Below are positions 51,118-64,000 of a stretch of DNA of 64,000 bases, one piece after another. The DNA is from Octopus sinensis (Eukaryota): assembly GCF_006345805.1 (NCBI RefSeq), contig NC_043001.1:107074001-107138000 (forward strand), given 5' to 3'. The notes under the pieces are model-generated. The model did no database searches, was not told the origin of the DNA, and saw only the letters and a program-made list of their open reading frames with translations. The translations under genes were made by a program, and so were the position numbers. Position 1 is the stretch's first letter. Every line of letters begins with the position of its first letter.

Positions 51118-53995
51118 ACAGTATGAGAGGAGTGTCATATGCGCCTGGAGGATTTTTGTTGTACTTTGTTGTTTCAAAACTATGGTTGTAAACTGGTACC
51201 TGCTTAGCGGGTTTTTTGTTGAAACTGTCTGCTTGTTCGTATGGGGGGAGGCTTTGAACCTGTATTGTTTTGTTTTTATGAAATGTAGCCTGTTTCAGGC
51301 TTGTTTGAATTGTGTGCCTTCCCCGACAGGGGAAAGATTTGAACTGTTCAACTCTCTTGTGAGAGATAATTTAAATTCTTCTTTAAGAGGCTTACTCTTT
51401 TGGAAAAAATACCGTTTTGTGTAAAAATATCGAAATCATCAACGAAAGGGTGACTCCAGATGAGGTGCTAAATATTGTAGGTAAAGATAGCTTTGTAGCG
51501 GAGCGGCAGCGCGACAGAAATCTCTGAAGAAACCGGTATCAGAATACCAGATTTTTTCCGGGATGTTGTCGGTGAGCGGGTGAGACGTTTGCATCGCACC
51601 ACCTAGTGAAATAACAATTCAGACGAAGAATAAAGCAATCGTGTACAAATCTTACGATTTGGAAATTAAAATAATAAAAAATATGCCAGTGAGAAGATCG
51701 AAAAATGCCTCGGATCCATATGGAAGGGCATTACATATGTGGCTCGAGGCAAAAAGTTTGCCTCTGTAGAGGTACGTTTCATAAACGAAGAAAAAGCCCG
51801 CGAGCACACGGTACGGAACCTTAGAACAAACGAGGTGGTACTTCTGCCTTCATATCTAGGACGTAGAATGTATCGGATAAAAATACAAGAAGAGCCACTA
51901 GAGATAGACGTCACTTGGGTGGTGACGGCACTGTGCTACGCAAGAAAAGAAAAAAATCAACATCTTGCAAATCATTCGATTTGACACCCAGAACTGGTTA
52001 AGGTAGAGCGTAGAAGTGTTGATCCAGGCAATACCGGGGGACTTGGAGGAGATCCCCGATAAAGTGCTCATGGGTGAAGAAGTGATGTTGAAAATTCAAG
52101 TCGAGGGGATGAGAGCTCGTTGTTTCAAATGTTGTCAGAAGGGCCACTTAAGAGCAAAATGTGGTCTTTTTACCACAGAAACGCCTCCCTCTGCCAATGG
52201 CAAGAGGATGACGGAGCAAAAAACGACAGCAAAGTGGAAGGAGGCGGGAAGGCAGGTAGTTGAGCCTGCACCAACAACGGCCGAGACTGCAATTGCACTC
52301 ACGAATAAGCACACCCGACCCTCCTGAGGACAATATGGAAGTTGTCAACCAAGAGGAGGAATTCCAAACGGTTACCTGTAAACGGGGCAAAAGACAATTT
52401 TTTCAAATTCAATTTTAAAGAGAGCTATTTGAAAAATCATACATAAACACCATAGAACAAAAACTTTTTATGAGGACAGGGAACAAGAGAATAGTTACAC
52501 AAGAGTAACTGAGAAACTTTATGAAAAAGCGAGAAGGCCAGAGGACATATTCAAACCAAATGAAATGCTCAAACTGATTAACCCACCTTCGGAGTCCGAC
52601 GAGGAGAGGGAGAGGAAGAAGACAGAAGGAATCTCCGTAACACTGAGGACAATCCCTCTTTTGCCCATTAAAAATGGCTAAGTAATTCCTTATTTTGTCT
52701 TCGTGGCTGACTGTACCTAGCTTCGGATGCTTAAATGTACGTGGCTTGAGTTCAAAGTGGAAGCAGGTCACATAGCATAGATCTGATCGTTGCTACAGAG
52801 ACCAATCTGGACAGACAACAAACCTCCTGAATGGCTACGAGAAAATCATGCTTCCTACCTGTTCGGAGGTCGAGGAAGACGGTTTATGATTGTAATTGTG
52901 TTCGTAAAAGATTGGCTCTGCTAACAAGTACAGTCTTTGTGGATCCTGAAGGTGGGCTGGTCGTTCTAGAATTAACATACAACGATAAGGCTTTCAGGTT
53001 GATCGGCATTTATGCGCCGTATGTGGCAAGCAAACAGACTGATTTCTATCGAAGCCTAGGAAATTTTCTCGTGACGTCTAAGACATTAGTGGTATTAGGA
53101 AATTTCAACGCTATCCTGGATTGAGTTGGCTCGACTTGCAGGAGGAAAAACTTCCACCTCATCAATCTGCTTAAGCGTTTTCAGCTGGCAGATTGCTGCA
53201 GACTTGACCACTCGAAAGTCTCAGTGTGGACCTAGAACAATGGCGACGGGCCATTCAGGTTTTATATAGATAAGATAGTGGTACGCACTAGAGATAATTC
53301 TAGTTTTAATTATCCACAGTTTTTTCTAAGCTCCTACACAGATCACAAGCTAATGACGAGTAGGATGAACATAGAGCCCATAAGCAGGAATTCGGCCACT
53401 GGACTATAAACAAGTCTATTTTGACTTGCGAGGAATACCGTAACCGGATTAAGGAGTTAGTCATGAGGGCATTAACTGGCACGGTGGTAAATAACCGGTG
53501 GTGGTTTGCCCTCAAGCAAGCTATTCGTTTTGAGTCGATTGGATTTAGCCTGCAGCTAAGTTTAGATAGGGCTATAATAGAAGGGAATCTAGTCAAGGAC
53601 TTAGAAGAGGCGTTAAGTTTTGGCTCTTACATCCCAAGTGCTGGCGGCGAGATCGGTCTTAGAGCGACACCTCAAAGCCAAATACGAGTGGTGTAGGGTT
53701 CGAGCTGAAGTTTGTGCATTGGGCCACGGGGGAATTAATGTTGCCGGGTGGGCTCGCTCGTTAGAGACCTACCGTGGCAATGACGCCACAATTAGGTCTT
53801 TGGTTGATGAACATAGGCATTTGTTCGAAGGACAAGACGAGATATGTAGTCTTTTACAAGTACTTTGCCGAGTTGTTGGGGAGGAGCGATGCGCTGGACC
53901 ATGGTGAGGCTCCTCAGGACTTCCTAGCTGGTGGCCTGCGTCTCTCGACACGAGAGGCTGAGTGCTGTGAATGACCGATCACGGCTAAGGAGGTC
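51118..53995 (+). mobile_element. Degenerate Tx1-clade LINE 5' part (5' UTR, ORF1 with zinc knuckle, ORF2 APE)
   Basis: CFKCCQKGHLRAKC; CLNVRGL; FRLIGIYAP; VVLGNFNAILD; YTDHKL; VVNNRWWFALK. Confidence 0.82.
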
Positions 53996-54041
53996 ATTGA
54001 TGAAGGGATATATAAAATATCCCGGAAACAGCTGTAAGACC
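53992..54041 (+). ncRNA. Hammerhead motif at the start of a short pLTR-like insert that truncates the Tx1 LINE
   Basis: ggtc a-TTGATGA-a gggatat ataaa atatccc g-GAAA-cagctg-TA-a gacc. Confidence 0.72.
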
Positions 54042-54098
54042 TTCTATATATAAATGTTCTAAAATTTTTCACAGCCTTGGATTTTTATCTCATTCTGA

Positions 54099-54136
<38 letters not shown>

Positions 54137-55311
54137 GAAGCAATCAGAACTTTGGGTAATTCTTTCGTTCGTTTATCGAAATCGTCAAGACAAAATCAAA
54201 ATGGTAAAAGCAGAACGCTTCGTTGTTCATATATATGAATCGGATGTTTTTTGCTTTGTTTAAAAGAGAAAAAATATACTTTTTAGGAGAAAAAGGGGGA
54301 AAGAGAGAAAGAAAAGCGAAAGCGGGGAGAAAGAAAAAAATATATATACATAGAGAGAGAGAGAGAGGGGGTAGGACAATCAAGAAAGAGGAAAAATTAA
54401 TAAAGGATGGTGAAAGGATAGATAGCCAGACAGATAGATAGACTAACAGACAGACAGATAGATTAAGAGAAAAAGGTTTCTTTTCAATTTGATTTTGTTA
54501 ACCCATTAAAATTTCATGATAAAGCATTTTTTCTTCTCTTCTTTCTTTACTCATTGTATACCTGTCAACATATTTGCAAATAAACACATTTTCTCACCAT
54601 GGCTGGTGACCTTTTAGGATGTAATAAAAAAGAGTTCAAAGTCCTAGGAAAATGTATATTCTTTTACACTTGTTTAGTAAAATCCCATATTCTGTATAAT
54701 TCCATGTTTTGCACGAACAAACACTAAATATTGGCACAATAAAAACATAATAATTTGGTACTATTTAAAATTCAATCGGTTGTCTATGTATATTTAATCA
54801 AAAATCATAAGTGATTTTGTATGTCTATCGTACATTTAGCTGGAAGCCGCTCTGTAAAATATAAATTATATAACAAAGCAAGGCCTACTTAAATATATTT
54901 TTGAGTATCTTTCATCCTTTTATAGGATAAAGAACAAATACTTTCCAAAGTGACACAACACAGTGGTTCTTTTGCAAAAGAAAAAAATCGGGTGTTCCTT
55001 GAAACATCTTTCTTGGGTGTAACTCTGCAAAAATGCGGAAAGGTGATGTTTCACAGTATTTCGCAGATCTGTCGCAAGTTAAATAAAGAATATTAACCAA
55101 AAATAGTCTTAAACCATTTTTGAGTCATCTGTACTGTTGATGTGAGGTTTGGACGAATTCGATCAAAATTGGGGGATTTAAGGGCAAAACTAAAGTGTTT
55201 CCTATACCGAGCATATCTAGCTTTCACCGGTCTTTCAATATGTGACCGCGTGTGTACCGTTGGCGATTTTTTCCCTCTGTCTTCCCCTCTCTGGATCTTT
55301 CCTTCTCCCAT

Positions 55312-55346
55312 GTTTCCGACGAAGAGCTCAGCTCGAAACGTTAAAC
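55312..55346 (+). ncRNA. Very compact hammerhead-like motif
   Basis: gttt-CCGACGA-a gagc tca gctc-GAAA-cg-TT-aaac. Confidence 0.62.
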
Positions 55347-55454
55347 CCTCCTTCTTTCTTTCTTTCTTTCCTGAGCGTCCAATAATACTATATTTGTTCC
55401 ACGTCCTCGCGCTGTGTGTTTTTTTGTGCTTTCTTGTTTGGATTAACTTTATAT

Positions 55455-55521
<67 letters not shown>

Positions 55522-55999
55522 CATACATATATACATACATACATATATGTATGTATGTATATATATATATTATATATATATATACATACATATATACATA
55601 TATACGACTGGCTTCTTTCAATTTCCCCCTACCAAATCCACTCACAAGGCCTTAGTCTACCCGAGGCTATAGTAGAAGACACTTGCCCAAGGTGCCACGC
55701 AGTGGGACTGAATCCGGAACCATGTGGTTGGTAGGCATGCTACTTACCACACAGCCGCACCTGCGCCTGATAGATAACTATGATCTTATAAATGTTTTTG
55801 TGATCAAATAATGTCAACGTAAACGACTTTCCAAATAAAGCAGATGTTCTACAAAATTGAACGAGAAACATTATACCAGGGCAACATGAGAGTTAACGCT
55901 GCTTAAGCAATTACAGAACTAAAAATTCATTGACAAATAAAATTGGTCTCTAATAAACGACATTCCAGCTGCAACCATCACACCTTTTGTTTGGATATA

Positions 56000-56400
56000 A
56001 TATAACGAGGATTCCATTATCCAATTATGTCCTTTGAAATTGCCTGAAACCATTTGTATGCGATCGAAAAATCAAAAAAGCTCGACGAAAGAGTACCGCA
56101 CGATTTGAATGAAAGTCAGAAAATGCGCAGATATGAAATTTGATCGTCGTTTCTTCTCGGTGACCAAACCGATCTGTTCTTCGACCGTATTGTAACTTGT
56201 GATGAAAAGTGAATTCTGAACAATAACGAAAAACGTTCTTCGCTGTGGTTGGACCCAAATGAAGTACCTAAAATCTCCCCTAAACCCGAGCTCTTTAAAA
56301 AGAAGAATATAGTGACCGTTCGATGGTGTTCTGCATGACTAATCCACTAGAACTTCTTAAAACCTGGAAAACTTATTACTGCAGAAACGTATTGCCATAA
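56000..56400 (+). pseudogene. Mariner transposase fragment
   Basis: FDRIVTCDEK*IL, RSSLWLDPNEVPK and FLKPGKLITAETY. Confidence 0.75.
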
Positions 56401-56789
56401 AGACAACGATTATTCAGTGTCTTTTTAGTAAAGACGGAATCAATACTGCGTTTAATTAAAGCCTAGCAGCAAATGATTGTAAATCATTTGTAAAGCAGCT
56501 GACAGCAAAATCCAGAATGTATATGAAAAAATAAAAACATGATTGGCAACATCATTTCCTGTGGTTTAGTTATTGAACGATTGAAATAAATCCATATGGA
56601 TGACTGTATGACATGTCTGCTTGGACTAACAAGTCGATCAAAATGAATAGATCTCACGACAAAAGCAACAAGCATTGTGATTCATTCGGACCGGGATATT
56701 GCCAGGAAATATTTTGAAAGCAAAAGGATTACAAACTAGAAATAAGCAAGGTGTGAAATATAAATGAGTTGTAAGGGTATAAATGTCGT

Positions 56790-57115
56790 CCATAATAATT
56801 TGTGTACAGGGTGTGCTAGACAGGTCAAGAGTATCTCATCACAGGTTGATGAGACTTGTTACTGATACCGTGTAAACCAGTACGACCTGAGTAGAGCGTC
56901 TTAACATCCAGCAGGACTAAAACCGGATTAGCAGCACGAAAGCCAGATTAGCTCCTTGCAAGTCAACGCACATCGGGTTGGGGGAAGACAATAGCAAACC
57001 ACCGCAATATCTCTACCAACAAAACACTCTGAGAAAGTCAGAACGAAGTAGCGTTATGGCTTCGTCCGATTGGTGAGTTCGTCCTTAGTCGGGAAGACGC
57101 TGTAAAGTGTACGAC

Positions 57116-57152
<37 letters not shown>

Positions 57153-57162
57153 TGACGACGAC
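56790..57162 (+). mobile_element. RTE-related non-autonomous retroelement with (GAC)n tail
   Basis: gaagacaatagcaaaccaccgcaatatctctaccaacaaaac resembles the RTE/Bov-A/Sauria-type motif GAAGGCAATGGCAAACCAC...; (GACGAT/GAC)n tail. Confidence 0.5.
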
Positions 57163-60100
57163 TGGTTGGGAGAGATAAGAACAAGATCAAACACATTAAC
57201 CTGAAGCAAATGCAGTAATTCTACTTAGATCAATATTTTGATCAATTTGATCGATTATGAACAACAATTGCTGTTACTGCTTAGCTTCAGCTGAAAGCTG
57301 ACGGATTAAAAAAATCCTTTCAGCCTTGACTCTCCGTTATTGTTTACTTGTTTCAATCACTGGAATGCGACCATGCTGGGTCACAATCTTAAAAGATTTA
57401 GATATAAAAAATCTATCCAAGTATTTATTTTATTTTAAGTCTGGTACTTATCCTATGGGTCTCGCTTGATGCCGAACCACCAAGTTACGGGGGCGTAAAC
57501 AAATTAGCGCCTATTTTCACGTGGCGTAGGTGGCCAAACACAGACACAAACCCACACATATATACAACGGTCTTCCTCATAGTTTCCATCTACCAAATCC
57601 ACTCACAAAGCATTGATCTACCCGGGGTTATAACAGCAGACACTTGCCCAAGGCGCCACGCAGTGGAAGTGAACACAAAACCACACGGTTACAAAATCTT
57701 ATTCACATAGCCTAACATCTTCTCTAAGACGGCAGAGGTGTGATTTAACGAAATTCGGTCACTATTTCTAGCAAGTCGACCGACCTTGCTGAGGCTGTCT
57801 CATGAGTTTATCCTTAATGTTTCAAAAAAAGATGGGTGAATGTAGCAAGGATGGTACGTATGAATGCCGAAGTCACCTTGAGCATAATCCTATGAACCCA
57901 GAAAAATTTTAAACAGAGGGTTACCTACTTGCAAACAAATGTGGTAACATGTAACATTATCGATCGAAGTTACCGTGATCTTTTCCGTAGGCTTTTCTTT
58001 CCACGAATATATCTTATCTGCTTCCCCCTTTACACTTTACATCATGACATTTCTGTGATAACGATCCCTATTGATCGTTTTTTTATTTTTCTTTTTCTTC
58101 TTTCCCTTTTTTTTTCTTTCCCTTTTACAATCCCTTTTGATCGAAAACCTAACCCACTTTTTTCTCTCCCCGAAAAGAAAAGCTCTACTTTGTAATCTGT
58201 CCCGTCTGTGTGCAGCCCTGTGTGGCTATTAAAGAAACATAGCCTCGTCAATAGTGGCTTTGTTTTTCTTGTTACTGCTGCTGCTGCTATCGCCGTCGTC
58301 GTCGTCATAGCCTTTGCTGATCTTTTTGTTGTTGTTAGATAAGATCGATCAGATTTATGAACGAAATAATTCTAACCGTGATCATCGCTTGTTTTTAGGT
58401 GTACCTAGGGATATCTAATTTAATTTGTACTTATCGTTTTAAATGAAGACAGCATGGGATTCATGAGAGATTAGCTGGTTCGCATTATTTTGCATGAGCG
58501 CCGTCCTCGGCTTCCGGTCACACAACTGGGAATTCTCCAGTTCTGTTCCGTGTTGCGGGAGACACCTGCCAAGAGGTTGTCGAACAAATCGAGCGTGTAT
58601 TCGCAAAACTCCCAAGACAGACTCTCCGAACCAGGCGATTTTCACCTTGTGAAACTAATCACCACCTGTATTTTAACTGTTGCTATTGGCCTTATGCAGC
58701 GTATCACGGTCTTCCATCGAAAGTCGTTGTACGCTGTTAAAATAGGCACTAAAACGATTAACGTCTCCGATTCATTGCTTGCTTCGAACAGTCGAGCAAA
58801 GCGCTACGGGAAAGCACACATCTTGGAACTGAGTAGCATGCATTCGTCTTGGTCTGTCAAAGACCAGTTATTGATTCGTCCTTACATCATGACTTTTGAG
58901 TTGGGTTTATGGATCGAGTTTGTCGTTATAAACCGAACTCAATTGTCAAGATCGCTTTGCAATGGGATCCACAATGTAAAAGAAGACGTGGCCGACCAAA
59001 GGCAACGTGGTCAAAGGAAACAATAACAAGAAGATCTTAAAAGCAGAGGGTTAACAACAGAACAAACTGTCAAGGACACTTTCAGTGTTAGAAAGGGAAT
59101 GCCCTTGTTGTCGCCTCAAGTGACACAAGACACAATGAGAACCGAATGTATGAATTAATGAATGACCTGGTTGTCATCCGAGCTTATTAAATGCTTTTCG
59201 TTCTCTCGCATTTTAGTACACTTGTCTAATCAATTACAGTTCATTGAAGAAATTGTTGGAAGGTCATTCTCACTACTAACATGTTGATCATGATACCTTT
59301 TCTATTTGTCTCTTGTAATTTCATCACAAACAACCAACCTCCTCTAATCTATTCCTAACTCTCGCTAGTTCATTACTAAATGCAATCGATATCACTAGGG
59401 TGCTTATCGATATCACCAAGGTGCTTCATCGTCAGTTAATAATCATCCCTGGCAATTGCATAACCAACCAGTTGAAAATATTTGTATCCTTTCATGTTTA
59501 TCAGCTGATTTAAATAAAAAAATTTACGTACGATCTGGACGAACAATTATGGCTGTTCTCTATCAATACTAGAGCATCCGCGAAATCTGGTCGGTATTCG
59601 CCCGGCAGTTAGAAAAGTCTGAGCGGATTCTCCTAGGTATTTATACCAGAGAATTCCACATTGTACTAAAATGAAATTCCAGTCTCCGATTAACACCAGG
59701 GGCACATACGGCATCTAGTCTGAATACATCAACTTTGTTAATGTTCACAGGGCACCATCAACGTATTCTCCGAAACCAGAATGGCTGTCTACCTCTCCTT
59801 CCAAGCATTTCCAAAACAACACTATCACCTTACTTCTCTATTCTGACAGAACACAAGATCAGTAGATCAAAATAGTTGCGCGCGTTCTAAAAATTCTTAT
59901 GCCTCTGATGGTTACAGCAGCTAAGTCTCGTCAGCTGAAACTAGGTTTCGAAGCCGATATTTGGAAACTTACATTTACACGTCTCCTTTTTATTGTAACC
60001 ATGTCTGTCGAAAAAAGAAAAACAGTGAGGCGATAACTTGATTCTCAAGAAGATCGAGTGATCTGGTCTTCTCGATATTTCAGTTGAGTTACGGGTGAGT

Positions 60101-60624
60101 GTCCACGAAAGGCGTTTATATTTGAAGAAAGAGTTCGGTTGCTTCCGTAGGAAGTATTTAGGTTTTAGTGTTTTGGAAAGGAGTCCATCAAAACTTATCG
60201 CTTTGATGAAGATTTGATATTTAAAATTCTTTTGACTTGTATTTACTACCTGCTCTTTCAAATCATTGTTTCTCTTTCGAGTAAAGCTAAAGGTGACGAT
60301 CTGGCAGAAACGTTAGCACGCCGGGCGAAATGCGTAGCCGTATTTCGTCTGGCATTACGTTCTGAGTTCAAATTCCGCCGAGGTCTACTTTGCCTTTCAT
60401 CCTTTCGGGGTCGATAAATTAAATACCAGTTACGCACTGGGGTCGATGTAATCGACTTAATCCGTTTGTCTGTCCTTGTTTGTCCCCTCTGTGTGTAGCC
60501 CTTTGTGGGCAGTAAAGAAATAGGTATTTCGTCTGTCTTTACGTTCTGAGTTTAAATTCCGCCGAGGTAAACTTTGCCTTTCGTCCTTTCGGGTCGATAT
60601 AATAGGTAGCAGTTGCGTACTGGC

Positions 60625-62025
60625 CTTACCTCTCCTGCGGCTGTTTTTCAAGTTACTGCGTCCAGAAACTCCAATGTTAGCTTTCTTATAGTCAAACTTA
60701 GAGGTTAATAGTTCTCTTATATTTTCATTCCCTCTGGAGGTTACAAAATTATAAGTGTATTCAATCAAGACAGATATTAATATTTTGTACATGCTTATCA
60801 AGCAGGTTTTGGGGTCTACAGTTTTTTGGTTCATTTGTTTCTTCATTTTTGGGAAGTAGAAATGTAATACCATTAACTAGTCAAGACTTTCTGAGAAAGC
60901 ATTCAACAGAAGTTAGGAATTTTATCCTTTCCAAGACACTCCCATTTCTTTGATTTCCTGAGAGCAGATCTAACATTCTCCAACTTGATATCCTCCCTCT
61001 TTTGCTTTTCCAGGGTGGCTGGATCAGTAAATAAACTATCAATTCAAGGGGCCTTTTTATTGGGTGGCTTTTCTTCTGCTCAAATATTACTCCAAAATTC
61101 CTGCACTTCTTTTGACGGGACAGACTTTACTGTAACTGATATTTTACCTATCTTCCTATAAAAATGTTTTGGCTTATTTTTATACAAGTTGTCTTTGAAG
61201 AACCTAGCACGCTTTTAATACCGTACTCCGCGGGCAGCTTTAGCGGATACCTTTTACATAATAGTTTCTATAGTGGTATCGATGTCAAGTATGGATTTCA
61301 TATGCTTTTTCTTTGGTTTCCGGATTTTTGTTGGTATGATATTCTTGTCAGACTTAAAGATTTTTAAACACTCTATGTTGGACCTAAGTAATTGAATTTG
61401 CTGTTGGATTCTCTCTTGCCAAATAAGTTTTATGTAGGAATGTTTTCGTTTTCTAATCTTTTCACCACATAGAATCGTTGAGATCTTAGCAGATGTATAA
61501 TACTGGTGACTGAGATCTGTAATATCAACATCATTAGCTGTAGTTATATCTTTAAGCGCGAGACGGATTTTACCAATTACTTTCAGGTTTTGGTCAGAGT
61601 TGCGAAATTTTGAGAGAGTGTCACGTTCATTCATACTGTTTTTTTTAATTTGCAGTTTGTCAATCATGATTTGATTTTTTAGATCATCTGGTTCTGTTGG
61701 GTCAATTTCTGTGTGATTTTCGTCATCTATTTGATTTTCATTTTCCTTCATATTTATGACTGATTAAGAAAGTATTTCACTCTGCTTATTAGTTACGTTG
61801 ACATTTTCTATCATTAATGCGTTTTCATCAGACTTGGATTGGTCTGTAATTACTTTTTCACTAGTAACTTATTCAGCAGCATGTTCGTTCCTTTTATCCT
61901 TTAATGATTGTTTAATTTAGTCAATCTCAAATCTAGCTAGTAATTTCTTTTTTACAATTTTTTTCTGACGTTGGCTCGTTTGTTACTACCTGTGTAGGGT
62001 CTTCAAGATGCTTAACTCTCCAATT
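60625..62025 (-). mobile_element. Degenerate R4/Dong-clade element, N-terminal to RT-proximal fragment
   Basis: WQERIQQQIQLLRSNI; FYRKI...VPSKEVQEFWSNI; begins at an (ATT)n tract. Confidence 0.65.
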
Positions 62026-62633
62026 TTATTATTATTATAATTATAATTATTATTATTATTGAGTGAGAGAGCAGTGCATGCCATCAAAGTGACACTGGGG
62101 TAAAATATACGAAGCCCAATATACCCATCATGACTACCCGTCTGATAAAGATACACCAGGCACATGCATCACAACCATATGTGCGCGACATGGTGATCTC
62201 ATATCAAGATAAACAGCACATGACCTTGCAGGTGGGGCCCAGTTAGAATTTTCTTCAGGTTGAGTAGCCCATCCCGCTCAAAAGGTCTCTGAATAAGGGT
62301 TGTTTAAGGATGTTGAAAGAACCACCCATGTTTCCAGAGGTGAATTATTCAAACCCCAAAGAATCCCCCCCCAACACATGGCCATGATGCTCCCCCACTA
62401 CTTCTGCTCATGATCAGAGATGCACATATCGTCAGCCACTAAGGGACATGCTCAACTGGTTAAGTTAAAATAACTGACAAGCAAATCTGTGGTATTGAGC
62501 AGAATATTTGCTGTAGCCCATCTTTTATACCAAGACAAAACAATGTACATGATAACACTTCCAATCAGTCAAGATCAGAAGCCATGAGAGCCACTGCCTG
62601 GTACTGCATCAGGGCATGATACTGCATCAGGGC

Positions 62634-62721
<88 letters not shown>

Positions 62722-62909
62722 GTATTAGTATTATTAGTATTCAGTGAGAGAGCAGTGCATGCCATCAAAGTGACACTGGGGTAAAATATACGAAATCCAG
62801 TATACCCATCACTGCCCGTCTGATAAGGGTAAACCAGGCACATGCAACACAACCATATGTGTGCGACATGGTGATCTCATATCAAGATATCATTATTATA
62901 ATATCAAGA

Positions 62910-62951
<42 letters not shown>

Positions 62952-63270
62952 TTTATGTTTAACTTTTGCTTTGTGTTTGTACAAGTTGACTCCAAGCCTC
63001 ACCCAGAGACCTCAAGCAACAACAAGTTCGAAGTTCAAGTTGGTGTTATGACAGGGTGTCATATACTTGGTTTTACAAATATTATTGTTCTAGAGAATGT
63101 TTAAGAAAACAAAGGAAAATGATGGGTTTGCTTTAAAATTTGAGATTGCATAGACAGTATTATACGTAGGATATGAGTAGTTCCCATGAGCACTATCTTT
63201 TGAATTTCTGCCATTTTGGGGTTTCCTGGTATCTGGGTTAGGTAACAATCAGCCCCTTTTGCCATATTCC

Positions 63271-63343
<73 letters not shown>

Positions 63344-64000
63344 TAATAATATTATTAGCATTGGTACTATTAATAATGTTAATATTAATACGACATAAGT
63401 ACATTATTCACTGCTGAGTGTTGTTCAAAATTTAATTAGCATATCACAGAGGCAATTAATATCAATTTTATTAACTTTATAGCAGTGAGACGGTTTATGA
63501 TTGTAATTGTGTTCATTATATTTAGAGTATTCGCTATTTTCTCTTCATAACCGGCCCTAGTTAGAGCTTCATTATCATAGGTGGCGTTATGGGAAAATAT
63601 GTTAGCAAAGAGCAATCATAAACGGATTTCTTCATAGCAAAGCTGAGAGTCCTGTTTAGGAAAGGTGGAAGTGTTGTAATTTATGAATATCAAGCTGTAG
63701 GAACTTAACGTTTATCTTATCATTAATATTAAGGAACCATCTAATAATAAGAAAATTTATCATTGGTGTAACTATGATGTTCTGGTGGCCCGATGACCCA
63801 ACTTTCTATATCTGCACTGATTTGTAAATGTAGAATTGCATTGTATAATGCGTAGGAGGCATATTAGTGGAGACATGTAAACATAATCTATTATATACTG
63901 AAATTATTATTACATGCACAAGGGTGCGAAACGTTCGTAAGCCTTAAGGATGAGAAGAGTATAATAAATATTTTTACCTCTCGTACCTCGAGATTTTGTG

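Noticed and set aside
58490-59026. 178-aa ORF in a GC-richer island
   Set aside because: Non-ATG start and no recognisable motif or splice support; probably a decayed repeat.

Overview
AT-rich, repeat-saturated animal (eukaryotic) genomic DNA, not prokaryotic. The SINE families and the dense (TA)n, (CA)n, (AAT)n and (ATCT)n microsatellites resemble octopod cephalopod genomes, most likely Octopus; this is an inference from recognition, not a search. One convincing host gene is present: the large 3' coding exon of a GT11-family alpha-1,2-fucosyltransferase (36903..38005, +) with a type II membrane anchor and a 12-aa mucin-like stem repeat. The rest is mobile-element debris: three tRNA-derived SINE families, a TAA-targeted non-autonomous element, LINE fragments (CR1/L2-group, Tx1, RTE, R4/Dong, Hero/NeSL), Penelope-like (GIY-YIG) elements, mariner/maT/piggyBac relics, a MITE family and Helitron-like elements. 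There is a 100-N gap at 20767..20866. The strongest unannotated signal is about 20 minimal type I hammerhead-ribozyme motifs, found by eye, from several sequence families. They have palindromic stem III and some show a U3-A8 compensatory core. Most lie in short non-coding units inserted in microsatellites, often as tail-to-tail fold-back hairpins (Penelope pseudo-LTR or retrozyme-like). Repeat boundaries were read by eye and are approximate.
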